DNA of 50,535 bases, taken from a virus (lineage: Duplodnaviria > Caudoviricetes). The stretch spans positions 1-50,535 of the IMG/VR virus record IMGVR_UViG_3300048796_000086. One strand, given 5' to 3'. Under the pieces are notes generated by a model that did not search any database, was not told the DNA's origin, and saw only the letters and a program-made list of their open reading frames with translations. The first letter of the stretch is position 1. Each line of letters begins with the position of its first letter. A program made the translations under genes and the position numbers. Shown one piece after another: positions 18,246 to 27,767 of this stretch.

Positions 18246-18958
18246 GCGTGCCGTTTGGCTACACCGGGGCGGGACTCGTAGCTCAGGTTCAACTCCGCAC
18301 GAACGAGTTTACGAACCCGACTGCGGCTGGCGTCATCACGCTTGCAAACGCTGGTATCGAGCAAGTCGAGGGCGAGCTTGGCGCGATTCGCTTGTACGGA
18401 ATCTATCCCGTGACGGCGGGCCAGCAGGTCGTGACGTTTACCGAGGATGTGCAAGATGTTTTCTCTATGTCGTTTTCGACAGGCCCGCTGACGCCAGCGC
18501 CTTCAACGGCAATAGTTTATCCCATGTGGCAGTTGGAGCCGCAGACGTTCATGCAGCAGTGTTCGGGGTTCCCTGGCGTCGGCGCGGGACCGCCAACGTA
18601 TTTTATGGTTTATCAAGACGAGAGCAACGTTATGACCGCTCAGCTTTATCCTCCGTGTATGCTCGGGCAGTTGAATGTCTATTATCGCGGTCGCCCGCAA
18701 CTGTGGTCTGATGCGACGACGAACTCTTCAACCAACCTTGATACACTCGCGCAGGAAGCCGTCGTTCTGTGGACGTGCTGCCGTGTGCTCGAAGCGAATC
18801 AGCGAGGCGATGAAAGTAAGGATATTTTTCAGCCTCAGTTCGATACGCAAATCCAGAAGTTGAAAGACTCGATGGCGCGACGCTCCGTGCCGAAGCAGGC
18901 GCAAGTGAGGGACGTTACCTCCCAAGGCGGTCCTTCTGCCATGCCGTGGTGGCTCTAA
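18242..18958 (+). CDS. Head-tail adaptor / tail tubular protein A-like
   Basis: Size and position; GPPTYF...LYP motif typical of podovirus adaptors. Confidence 0.7.
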   Translation: MSVPFGYTGAGLVAQVQLRTNEFTNPTAAGVITLANAGIEQVEGELGAIRLYGIYPVTAGQQVVTFTEDVQDVFSMSFSTGPLTPAPSTAIVYPMWQLEPQTFMQQCSGFPGVGAGPPTYFMVYQDESNVMTAQLYPPCMLGQLNVYYRGRPQLWSDATTNSSTNLDTLAQEAVVLWTCCRVLEANQRGDESKDIFQPQFDTQIQKLKDSMARRSVPKQAQVRDVTSQGGPSAMPWWL

Positions 18959-20842
18959 ATGCCGTTCCAACGCTACGGTAAGATGCGGCGCGATACGGCC
19001 GGGCAAATAGACTTCGGCGTCTATTCTTTCTCCGGCGGTCTTAACGTGAAGTCTGCGCCGCAGGAGTTGGACGATTCCGACCTAACGCAGGCGCTGAACG
19101 GCTACCTTCGCCCGGATGGCGGCTTCCAATCGCGCAGCGGCTTGAACCTTTATCAAACGCTTCCGGTGGACGACCCGGTTCTCGGCTTGTTCCGGTTCGC
19201 ACAATACGTTCAGGCAACGAAGGGCGTGGAAGTCGTGCGAACGCTCGCGCAGTGCGGCGGTGTGCTGTACGACCTCGACTCGAAGGTGGCGCTAGCAACT
19301 TTGAGCCTGGGCAAGAACGATAAGCCGTGGAGCGTTACGATGGCTTCGGACCCGCAAGCCAACCCGCTCCCGCTCACGAACCAGTCTGGCCTCACGGAAG
19401 TCGCGGTCATCTGCACGGGCGAACCTGGCAAAGGGCCGTTCATCTACGACGGGCACAACTTGTACCACCCGCCAGGCTGGGGGAACGCGAAGGGCGCGCA
19501 GTGGTGCCAACTCGTCAACGGCGTGGTGTGGTTCGGCGGCATCCCAAACTTTCCGACGCAGGTAATGTCCACGGGCGCCGGGCAAGTGGCGGGCGATTCG
19601 TTCGAGGCGATCGCAGGCTATAGCATCTTCGACTTCGGCCAGCCGGTAGTGGGCCTGAGTTCGGTGGGCGCAGGCGCACAAGCGATGCTATGTGTAGGGT
19701 TGCCGAACGGCCTGGCGCTCGTCTACGGGACCGGGCCTGCGAACTACACGCTGCAGAACGTGCCGATGGACAACGACGGCGTGGCGTGCGGCTATGCCAT
19801 GCAGAGCGTGAACGGCGTGGAATACCTGCTCGGAAATAACAACGCTTATCTATTCACGCCTGGCACGAGCTTGACGACCCAGTCGATAACGCCTTTCTCG
19901 ACCAAGGTACAGCCGTGGATTACCAACGACCCGTTCACGACCGGCTACCCGATGCAAGGCGACCGTAACCAGTTCTTTGCGTTTACCTATTACGACCGAT
20001 ACCATATCGCGTACTCATCGGCAAACGCCAACGTCATCGACTCGGTGCTGGTCTACGATACGAACATTCAGGGCTGGACGGTGCTGCAACTGGGCGAAGC
20101 GATTACCTGCTCGACGTTGATTAACGCGCCTGGCGACCCGTCGCCGTGGGCGTGTCTGGTCGGCGGCACGAACGGGCGTGTCTATACTTGGGACCCGTAT
20201 GTCGGGCAGACCAACTCACTGTGGAACGTAAGCGCCTGGGACGGCGCGCTCTGGGACGATACGACAACGAACAACGATAACGGCGCAACGATTCAGGTTT
20301 GGGTTGCCACGAAGTTCTTCAAGGTCGGCGAGCCGGGAACCGTCAAGACGCTGCACCGCATCTATCCCGAGATTCTCTACCCAATCAGCTTTGGCGGAAC
20401 CGCGACGGTGCAGACCGACTACGGCCAGGAATCGGTATTCACCGCTGCGGTGTACGCTGCGCAATCGACCGGCGCGCTCTGGGACGTTTCCGTTTGGGAC
20501 ACGGCCTTCTGGCAATCTCAGCCCGCGGCGCTCACGTCGTGGAACGCGCCTGCCTCGCGCATTGACGTGTTCTCGCTGCTGCCGAACACTATTGGCAACT
20601 TCTTGGTGTGGAACGAGGGAAGCTGGAATCGCGCACCGTGGGGCTCGACGCCGCTCCCGCCGATTCAAGCGCCTGGCATTCAAGCCGAAGCGTTCTCGTT
20701 CGGCCTACAAAGCGGCATCGGCACCGGCGGTGCGGTTTGGGATTTGAGCAAATGGGACGCTGGAACCTGGAGCGTAACCGACCAACTGCCCTGGGTATTC
20801 TCAGGAATCACCGGAAGTTTCGCCCAAAATGCGCGGCGCTAG
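18959..20842 (+). CDS. Tail nozzle / tail tubular protein B-like (P22 gp10-like)
   Basis: N-terminal FSGGLN...NGYLRPDGGFQSRSG motif; beta-propeller-like sequence; position after the adaptor. Confidence 0.8.
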   Translation: MPFQRYGKMRRDTAGQIDFGVYSFSGGLNVKSAPQELDDSDLTQALNGYLRPDGGFQSRSGLNLYQTLPVDDPVLGLFRFAQYVQATKGVEVVRTLAQCGGVLYDLDSKVALATLSLGKNDKPWSVTMASDPQANPLPLTNQSGLTEVAVICTGEPGKGPFIYDGHNLYHPPGWGNAKGAQWCQLVNGVVWFGGIPNFPTQVMSTGAGQVAGDSFEAIAGYSIFDFGQPVVGLSSVGAGAQAMLCVGLPNGLALVYGTGPANYTLQNVPMDNDGVACGYAMQSVNGVEYLLGNNNAYLFTPGTSLTTQSITPFSTKVQPWITNDPFTTGYPMQGDRNQFFAFTYYDRYHIAYSSANANVIDSVLVYDTNIQGWTVLQLGEAITCSTLINAPGDPSPWACLVGGTNGRVYTWDPYVGQTNSLWNVSAWDGALWDDTTTNNDNGATIQVWVATKFFKVGEPGTVKTLHRIYPEILYPISFGGTATVQTDYGQESVFTAAVYAAQSTGALWDVSVWDTAFWQSQPAALTSWNAPASRIDVFSLLPNTIGNFLVWNEGSWNRAPWGSTPLPPIQAPGIQAEAFSFGLQSGIGTGGAVWDLSKWDAGTWSVTDQLPWVFSGITGSFAQNARR

Positions 20843-22552
20843 ATGGCTTTAGGTTTCGTTACTCCGAACACGTTCTTGCCGAACACGGTCGCTGACGCTA
20901 ACCAGGTCAACGCCAACTTCTTGGCGATCGAGGTTGCCCTCAACGCGGGACCTCCGGCCGGAGCGCTTGTCGCAACGTCAGACCTCTCCGCGCTCAACTG
21001 GTACAACTTTTTCAACTTCGGTGCGCTGGTCAACGGCGGGTCGGTCACAAACGGCACGGCGTTCGCAACGATGCTTGCCACGATGGCTGCGCTCAACAAC
21101 GGCAGCGGCGGCGGCATAGCCTATTTGCCGGCCGGGAGCTTCCCGATTGCGCCTGGCCCTGGCAGTGGCTACGTCATCCCGATTCAGACGGTATTTCAAG
21201 GCGCGGGCGCAACGGTTGCCAATAGCGGCGACGGCAAAGGCGGCCCCGCGCAAACGATGCTCTCGATGGTCGGCGACGGCACGCTGCTATTCGGGTTCGA
21301 GCCGCACACCTCGGGAGGCGTCTATTTCCGTAACATCGCGTTCGGCTGCCAAAATCCGCTGCTCCCGACCACGACCTGCATCAACTCAAACCTGTGGAAT
21401 CTCGTAGCCGAAGATTGCGTTTTTGAAGGCTGGCCGACCGCAATGGTCGTGGGGCTGCAAGCCGGAGCGCGCGGCTGCACGTTCCATTACGGCGGGAACC
21501 TGAGCGGGTGCCAGCAAGTCATCTTCAGCAACCCGGAATGCTTTGTCATCGGCCCGGGCGAGGCGTACCAAAACGCTATCGGGAACGACGGCGGCCCGTT
21601 AGGCAACAGCTTCCTGTCGCTGCAAGGCACCGAGCATTCAATCGTTTCGTTCCAGCACATCTTCCACTGGCAGTACGGAATCGACTACAGCCAAAGCTCG
21701 CAGCAGAATCGCTACAACCAGTACACGAACCTCGAAATGGCGATCTTCAGCACTGCGGTGCGGATGGTCCCTTCGACCTCGGCGGGGCTCATCTACTCCG
21801 AAAAGTTCACCTCGTGCATTATCCACAAAGAAGATGACGCGACGGATGGCCTGCCGGTGGTGCAGATAGACGCAAACGGCGGCGCATCAACCAATATCAA
21901 CGACATCGAGTTTAACGGCTGCACGGTGTTTTCCGATGCGCCCACTCCGCAGGCCAATCAGTACATCTACGAAATCGGGGTCTGCTCGGACTGGCGCATT
22001 ATCGGCGGGTACGCTGGGAACTCGTCGCCAAACGGCGGCGCGGCGATTGCGATTACCGGGAAATGCGGCGACGGGCTGATTATGGGGACGAACCTAACGC
22101 CGTCGCTTCCGAATGCCGAGAACCCATCGGCGGCGCAGTACGCGGTGCTCGTGAAGGCGGCTCCGATCGGCACCGTATACGTTATCGGCGCGAACATGAG
22201 AGGCTACAGCACCCCCATTTACTCGACGGTTGGTTCAGCGATCAACCTGCGCGTTATCAACTGTCCTGGCTATAACGACGCGCCAGGTGGGACGATTATC
22301 ACCTCGAGTATGCCGACGAGCGGCGTGTCGTTCTCAGCCCAAACCGCAGGCTTGACGCCGTACTACGGCCCGGCGACCATCGAGGTGACTGGCGGCACGA
22401 TTACGGCGATTAAGTTTTCGCAAGCCCCTATCCCTCCGGCGACAGCTTCGTACACGTCGCCGTTGACCTCGGGCACATTCGATCTGTCGCCGGGGCAGTA
22501 TTGCACCATCTACTACACTGGTAGCCCGACGTTCGTAATGGTTGGGCGGTAA
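20843..22552 (+). CDS. Tailspike, right-handed beta-helix (pectate lyase-like)
   Basis: QVNANF anchor, then GGGIAYLPAGSF cap motif and Asn/Gly-rich beta-helix repeats. Confidence 0.75.
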   Translation: MALGFVTPNTFLPNTVADANQVNANFLAIEVALNAGPPAGALVATSDLSALNWYNFFNFGALVNGGSVTNGTAFATMLATMAALNNGSGGGIAYLPAGSFPIAPGPGSGYVIPIQTVFQGAGATVANSGDGKGGPAQTMLSMVGDGTLLFGFEPHTSGGVYFRNIAFGCQNPLLPTTTCINSNLWNLVAEDCVFEGWPTAMVVGLQAGARGCTFHYGGNLSGCQQVIFSNPECFVIGPGEAYQNAIGNDGGPLGNSFLSLQGTEHSIVSFQHIFHWQYGIDYSQSSQQNRYNQYTNLEMAIFSTAVRMVPSTSAGLIYSEKFTSCIIHKEDDATDGLPVVQIDANGGASTNINDIEFNGCTVFSDAPTPQANQYIYEIGVCSDWRIIGGYAGNSSPNGGAAIAITGKCGDGLIMGTNLTPSLPNAENPSAAQYAVLVKAAPIGTVYVIGANMRGYSTPIYSTVGSAINLRVINCPGYNDAPGGTIITSSMPTSGVSFSAQTAGLTPYYGPATIEVTGGTITAIKFSQAPIPPATASYTSPLTSGTFDLSPGQYCTIYYTGSPTFVMVGR

Positions 22553-22561
22553 AGGAACGCT

Positions 22562-23014
22562 ATGTCACTCATAACGATGCCGTTCACCTTTGTCCCTGGT
22601 ACGACCATTTCGTCGTCTCAGGTCAACGCCAACTTCGCCGCGATTACCAACGTGGTGAACGGCAACCTGGACGGGACGAACTTTTCGACGGTGTTTACAT
22701 CGCTCAACCTGGCGAAAACCGGGCACGGAACCTTACCAGGCGGCCTCATCTTTCAGTGGGGAACGCCAAGCACCGTGCCGTTCGATAACAGCGCTAACCT
22801 GCTAGTGGCATACGATATTCCGTTCGTGAATCAGGTGTTCGGTATCTATACCGGCGTCCGCGAGAATACGCAGGCGCAGGCTACCGCCGCGGCCATTTCC
22901 GCCGCGACGAACATTACCGGAATCGCTAACCCGCTCACGCAGTTCAACCTGACGGCGATGGGCGGCAGCGCAGGTAGCACCGGTACGATATTCTGGCTGG
23001 CGATCGGTTACTGA
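22562..23014 (+). CDS. Short tail fibre with gp53-like C-terminal domain
   Basis: QVNANF anchor; GHGTLPGGLIFQWG...FWLAIGY motif. Confidence 0.75.
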   Translation: MSLITMPFTFVPGTTISSSQVNANFAAITNVVNGNLDGTNFSTVFTSLNLAKTGHGTLPGGLIFQWGTPSTVPFDNSANLLVAYDIPFVNQVFGIYTGVRENTQAQATAAAISAATNITGIANPLTQFNLTAMGGSAGSTGTIFWLAIGY

Positions 23015-23457
23015 TGCGAACGCTTTTACTCGCTACGCTTCTGGCTCTCTGGCCTGCTTACGCGCTCGCGCAACAGGGAGGGCCGGGCTACCTCGACCCG
23101 CAGCGCGTCGTCACGCAATCGCTTGCGGCGGCGTGCGCGGGCGGCGTGTGCCCACCGGCTTCGGCTTCGACGTTCCAACTCGCCAGCGGTAACGCGGACT
23201 GCGCCGCGCTTATCTCTGGAACGTTTTCCGGTACGCTCGTCTTTGAACTGAGCGAGGACGGGTCGAACTGGAGCAGCGCCTACCTCACGCCCACGACCGG
23301 CTCGGCCGTCAACTCGGCGACGGCGGCGTTCTACGGCACGGCCCCGGTTCTCGCTACGGTTTTCTTTCGCGTTCGGATGAGCGCATACACTAGCGGTACG
23401 GCCGTCGTTTCGACGTACTGCGTCCCCTCCGTTCGACCTTATGGAGCCCCAGGATGA
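23014..23457 (+). CDS. Exported beta-sandwich protein
   Basis: Signal peptide MRTLLLATLLALWPAYALA; GTFSGTLVFELSEDGSNW motif; 4 Cys. Confidence 0.75.
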   Translation: MRTLLLATLLALWPAYALAQQGGPGYLDPQRVVTQSLAAACAGGVCPPASASTFQLASGNADCAALISGTFSGTLVFELSEDGSNWSSAYLTPTTGSAVNSATAAFYGTAPVLATVFFRVRMSAYTSGTAVVSTYCVPSVRPYGAPG

Positions 23458-24542
23458 AACTAAAAGCACGCGGATTCTTCGCCTTGCTGATGCTTGCCGG
23501 GTGCGGGCTGATGGCAAACGGCCTCGGTCAAACCATCTTCCCGCCAAACATCGGCCCGCTCACGTTCAACCTCAACGGCAGCAGCGGTACGTTCGTGGTG
23601 CCCAATATCAACGGCCAATCGTTCTGCACGGTGTCGGTGCCGAGTACGGCAACGATGGGCAGCGGGACGATCACGCTCAAGACGAGCGCCGACAACGGGG
23701 CGAACTGGTTCAACGTAACTGGCGTTCCTGACCTTGGCGCACCGGGGAGCGGGTCGCAAACGATTACGGTTGCCGGGACTCAGCTAACTGCGCCAGTGAG
23801 CGGTAAGACCGGCTTCGAGGTAGTGCTGAGTGGCGCGACAGGCGCGGTGATTGCGGGAACGATTACCTGCGGCAACGGGAGCGGTTCAATCGCAAAGGTA
23901 GGGGCATCGGGTGCGCCGGGGCCCACGGGCCCTACTGGACCGCCCGGTAGCTCGGGCACACCGGCGGCTGGTCAGTGCATCGGCGTCTCGACGCCACCGG
24001 CCGCTGGAACCATATCCTACAACTGTCCAACGCCTGGCCCACAATCAACGCCGTCGCCAAGTATCACCGTTTCACCTGGACCTCCCGCTTGGACAGGCAC
24101 CTACCCCTACACCCTTGCGTTACCGCCTCCGCCGAATCCAGTTATTCCAACGCCAGCAGCATACGCGACGACGCTCCCAAACGGCTCTCAAGAGGTAGTG
24201 GCCACGGTCGGCATAACGACCGGAGTATCGCTGGGACCGGTAGGCGGATGGCAGATTGAAATATGGCAGAGTGATGCGGGAAGTGCTACACACTCTATGT
24301 GTATTGTAAGCACTACTGCTGGGACCGGCGGTGCAGGAACTAGCAGCACGACCACTACCCCATGCTCGACCACCCCGTCCGGGGCGTTAGCTGGTACGAG
24401 CGGAGCCCTCAATCCGGTTACAGCGTTTTGGACAGCGCAATATGCCAACAGTACGACGTACTCATTCAACTGCCAAGACTTTGACTCGTTCGCCGCAACG
24501 ACGGTACGCGGAGTCTGCTATGTGAAGGCATTGCCGATTTGA
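23454..24542 (+). CDS. Exported or lipoprotein with beta-sandwich, short collagen-like and Pro-rich segments
   Basis: MKLKARGFFALLMLAGC (lipobox-like); GTITLKTSADNGANW; GASGAPGPTGPTGPPGSSG. Confidence 0.75.
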   Translation: MKLKARGFFALLMLAGCGLMANGLGQTIFPPNIGPLTFNLNGSSGTFVVPNINGQSFCTVSVPSTATMGSGTITLKTSADNGANWFNVTGVPDLGAPGSGSQTITVAGTQLTAPVSGKTGFEVVLSGATGAVIAGTITCGNGSGSIAKVGASGAPGPTGPTGPPGSSGTPAAGQCIGVSTPPAAGTISYNCPTPGPQSTPSPSITVSPGPPAWTGTYPYTLALPPPPNPVIPTPAAYATTLPNGSQEVVATVGITTGVSLGPVGGWQIEIWQSDAGSATHSMCIVSTTAGTGGAGTSSTTTTPCSTTPSGALAGTSGALNPVTAFWTAQYANSTTYSFNCQDFDSFAATTVRGVCYVKALPI

Positions 24543-25996
24543 AACCATTCGGGATTCACAAGCTATTTTTTAGCTCCGTTGCGCTGCTCGGTTTTACACT
24601 CATGGGTCAAACGGCGCAGCTTCACTGCTGCGCGAGCCTAACGCCCATCTCGCATATCATCGTCGTTGTGCAAGAGAACCGCAGCTTCAACAATCTCTTT
24701 ATGGGCTACCCCGGCACGACGACCTCGACAACGTACACAGATGGCAACGGCTATGTGTGGCCCGTTTCGCCGCAGTATCTCACGCAGGCGTATCCGTCGC
24801 AGAGTCCAGACGATTATGAAGTTACCCACACACACGCAAACTTTCAAATCGAGTGTGGTTCGACGTATCCGACTGCTTGTACCATGCAAGGGTGGGGAAG
24901 CTCTCAATGCACTGATGTTCAGGTAACGTGTGCTGCGACTTGCCCCTCTCCCACGCCGATTGCTACGCCTGCCGGAGGCCCGCAACCAACCCCGACTGCT
25001 TTGTGCGCCGTGACCTACGTTCCGCAAGTTGAGGTACAGCCGTACTGGGATATTGCAACCTCCTATGGTATCGGCGACCAAGTATACCAGTCCAACCAGG
25101 GACCATCGTTCCCAGCGCATTGCTATCTGATCGTCGGGGCTTGCCCGATTGTACCGGGCTCGCAGGTCTACATTGCGGAAAACAACGCCTCAAACGTGAT
25201 GGGCTGCGATGCTGCCCCCGGAACTACTGTTGGAACAAGAAACCCGACGACCAACGCCGTATCGTCTACATTTCCATGCACATCAGCGAACTCGATTCTT
25301 AACGAACTCGATGCGGCTGGGTTGTCATGGAAGTACTACGTCACGCAGCCGTACGCTCCATACTGGTACTGGCTATGGAACGGAGTTGATATGTTAAGCC
25401 AGTACGGATGTACTTACGGCGTATCGGTTCCAACGTGCCCGAGCGAATATCTTAGCAACGTCATCCAGCCTCCGTCGCAGTTTCTTACTGACATTGCGAA
25501 TGGACATCTTGCCAACGTGACTTGGATTACGCCAACCGGACTAGCATCCGACCACATGACCGTAACGAATGGAAGCGGGCCTGCATGGGTACTTTCCGTC
25601 ATCAATGCCGTTGGTAACTCGCCATTTTGGAATAGCACGGCTATTATCGTAGTCTGGGACGATTGGGGTGGACTGTACGACCCTGAGCCTCCGCATATGT
25701 TCAACTACTACGAGTTAGGCTTTCGGGTTCCGATGCTTGTCGTGTCGCCCTACACGGCGGCAGGAACAATCTCACACACTACGCGCGAATCATATGGCAG
25801 CATCCTTAACTATATCGAAGGAACCTTCTACTTGCCGTCGCTGGGGCAAACCGACGCGCGCTCGGCTGGGCTTGGAGACTTCTTCAACTACCAGAACGCT
25901 GCAAGGGCGTATTCCACGCTCTCGTACACCGGCAAGTTCACACCGGCGTATTTCCTGGCGACCATGAAGCACGACCATACAGTGGTGGACTACTAA
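24539..25996 (+). CDS. Exported phosphoesterase (phospholipase C / acid phosphatase family)
   Basis: HIIVVVQENRSFNNLF, GPSFPAH, SDH, WDDWGG and GFRVPMLVVSPY motifs; N-terminal signal peptide. Confidence 0.92.
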   Translation: MKPFGIHKLFFSSVALLGFTLMGQTAQLHCCASLTPISHIIVVVQENRSFNNLFMGYPGTTTSTTYTDGNGYVWPVSPQYLTQAYPSQSPDDYEVTHTHANFQIECGSTYPTACTMQGWGSSQCTDVQVTCAATCPSPTPIATPAGGPQPTPTALCAVTYVPQVEVQPYWDIATSYGIGDQVYQSNQGPSFPAHCYLIVGACPIVPGSQVYIAENNASNVMGCDAAPGTTVGTRNPTTNAVSSTFPCTSANSILNELDAAGLSWKYYVTQPYAPYWYWLWNGVDMLSQYGCTYGVSVPTCPSEYLSNVIQPPSQFLTDIANGHLANVTWITPTGLASDHMTVTNGSGPAWVLSVINAVGNSPFWNSTAIIVVWDDWGGLYDPEPPHMFNYYELGFRVPMLVVSPYTAAGTISHTTRESYGSILNYIEGTFYLPSLGQTDARSAGLGDFFNYQNAARAYSTLSYTGKFTPAYFLATMKHDHTVVDY

Positions 25997-26100
25997 TGAA
26001 GTGCAAGGAATGTAACGGCAAAGGCTTTGTGCCGATCGGGACGCCTGCGATTCCGGTGGACCGTATCTGCCCTGCCTGCAAAGGTCGCGGCGTAAAGTGA
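25996..26100 (+). CDS. 34-aa DnaJ-type zinc-finger micro-protein
   Basis: MKCKECNGKGF...CPACKGRGVK: two CxxCxGxG motifs; coupled at both ends. Confidence 0.65.
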   Translation: MKCKECNGKGFVPIGTPAIPVDRICPACKGRGVK

Positions 26101-26246
26101 TTAGGTTCACCTTGGCGCTTCTGCTCGCGGGCTGTGGAGGATGTGGCGTGCTCCAGTTTTGCCCGCAGCCCAGCATCTTCGGCCCGACGACGCCAGCTAA
26201 CCCGCTGGCGCACAGAGCGCACCACTACGAGGGGAACGCCAAGTGA
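26097..26246 (+). CDS. 49-aa putative lipoprotein
   Basis: MIRFTLALLLAGC lipobox; GTGA overlaps at both ends. Confidence 0.55.
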   Translation: MIRFTLALLLAGCGGCGVLQFCPQPSIFGPTTPANPLAHRAHHYEGNAK

Positions 26247-26515
26247 AGTTCGCCGTCCTCGCGCTTTTCGTCTTTCTTGCCGGTTCGGCGTACATGATGT
26301 CGCCCTGGCACCAGCCCGCTCCCGACTCTCTGCCGCCACCGCACTTCGGCTACGCCACGGTCGCCACCACCGCGGGGTCGATGCTCTGCGTTGGGGACTT
26401 CAAGCACTGCCGGTTGCAGTACGGTCCTGGGGACCGAGGCCCGCGGGTCACGGTGTGCCATAATCGAACCGACGAGTATTGGTTCTGCCCCGTCTCGAAA
26501 GGACGCTACAGATGA
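26243..26515 (+). CDS. Small exported Cys-containing protein
   Basis: MKFAVLALFVFLAGSA signal-like N-terminus; 4 Cys. Confidence 0.6.
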   Translation: MKFAVLALFVFLAGSAYMMSPWHQPAPDSLPPPHFGYATVATTAGSMLCVGDFKHCRLQYGPGDRGPRVTVCHNRTDEYWFCPVSKGRYR

Positions 26516-27243
26516 AATTCCTACGCTTGCTCTGCCGCCCGCTCCCGGGGTGGTTCACCCTGCTGCTCTTTGCCGGCACGCTCGCTTCGGCCGCAACGGT
26601 GCTCCCGTACTTCGCCAGCGGCACGGCCTCGTTTGGCCCGGGCGGCAACTTCGACCTTGGCTCGGCAGACGGCGGGATAACCAGCCCCGGTCCTTCCGAC
26701 CCGCAACTTTACAATAACGGCGGCAGCAATGCCGACCTGCTGGCACCAAACGGCGGGCTGGTCAACCTCGTCAACTGCACGACCGCAACGTGCAACACAT
26801 CGAGTAAGCAGAACACCGTGTCGGTGAGCGCCTCGCTAGTAACTGCGCTTGTGCCGGTACAGTCGATCTACGGCGCAGCCACGGCGTCAACGTCCCCAGG
26901 GCCTATGCCGCCTTGCTTCTCGGCATCAAACAACCCGTGCGGCAACGGCTATCACATTCACCACGGTTCCTTGGTGGTTTCCGTGGCATCGGCGTGTCCA
27001 CCCTCTGCGCCTTGCGCCGTCGGCACCTCGCCAAATAACGGAGTGGTGAACTTCACGAATGGCGCGGGCTTCACCGGCATCACCTATAGCTGCAGTGCGG
27101 TTAACAACGATACGACCGGCGAGTTGACCTACGCCGAATACGTCAACGGAACACAGTTTCAAATCAACGTCTATAACACCAGCGCGACCACCCTGGCGAA
27201 GGGTCTTACCATTGCGACCAACTGGGAGTGCATGGGCGTATGA
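26512..27243 (+). CDS. Exported Cys-rich beta protein
   Basis: Coupled ATG; signal-like N-terminus ending ...LLLFAGTLASA; paired Cys. Confidence 0.7.
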   Translation: MKFLRLLCRPLPGWFTLLLFAGTLASAATVLPYFASGTASFGPGGNFDLGSADGGITSPGPSDPQLYNNGGSNADLLAPNGGLVNLVNCTTATCNTSSKQNTVSVSASLVTALVPVQSIYGAATASTSPGPMPPCFSASNNPCGNGYHIHHGSLVVSVASACPPSAPCAVGTSPNNGVVNFTNGAGFTGITYSCSAVNNDTTGELTYAEYVNGTQFQINVYNTSATTLAKGLTIATNWECMGV

Positions 27244-27767
27244 ATATCGTTAGCGTAGCCTACCCGCCGCCCGCGTTCGCTATGACGCCGCGCGACGTAT
27301 CGCAGATAACGACACTTATTATCCACCACAGCGACGGTGCTCCAAACCAGTCGCCGCTCGACGTTGACGCGGAACATCGCGCCGAAGGTTGGGCGATGAT
27401 TGGCTACAACTGGTTTATCGGTGGCGATGGTACGGTCTACGAAGGCCGTCCCAGCAACGTTGTTCCATCAGCCGCCTACGGTGACAACTCGCCATCGGTT
27501 GACGTGTGCCTCGCAGGGGACTTCGAGCCTGGGACAGATGGCTACCAAAGCGAGGTCCCGGCGGTGCAGCTTCAGGCGTTGAAAGATTTAGCCGTTGAGG
27601 TGCATCAACACTATCCAACTATCACCGGAACCATTGGGCACCGCGATGTCGCCGCGCTGTACCCAAACGACCCTGGCGACTATTCGACCGCTTGTCCGGG
27701 AGACGCTTGTTACGCGCAAATCCCAGCGGTCAAGGCGTACGTCGCCGGAAAGTTAGGTTTAGCATAA
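27240..27767 (+). CDS. Endolysin, N-acetylmuramoyl-L-alanine amidase (Amidase_2, T7 lysozyme/PGRP-like)
   Basis: IIHHS, IGYNWFI, VYEGRP, GHRDV and STACPG motifs. Confidence 0.92.
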   Translation: MNIVSVAYPPPAFAMTPRDVSQITTLIIHHSDGAPNQSPLDVDAEHRAEGWAMIGYNWFIGGDGTVYEGRPSNVVPSAAYGDNSPSVDVCLAGDFEPGTDGYQSEVPAVQLQALKDLAVEVHQHYPTITGTIGHRDVAALYPNDPGDYSTACPGDACYAQIPAVKAYVAGKLGLA

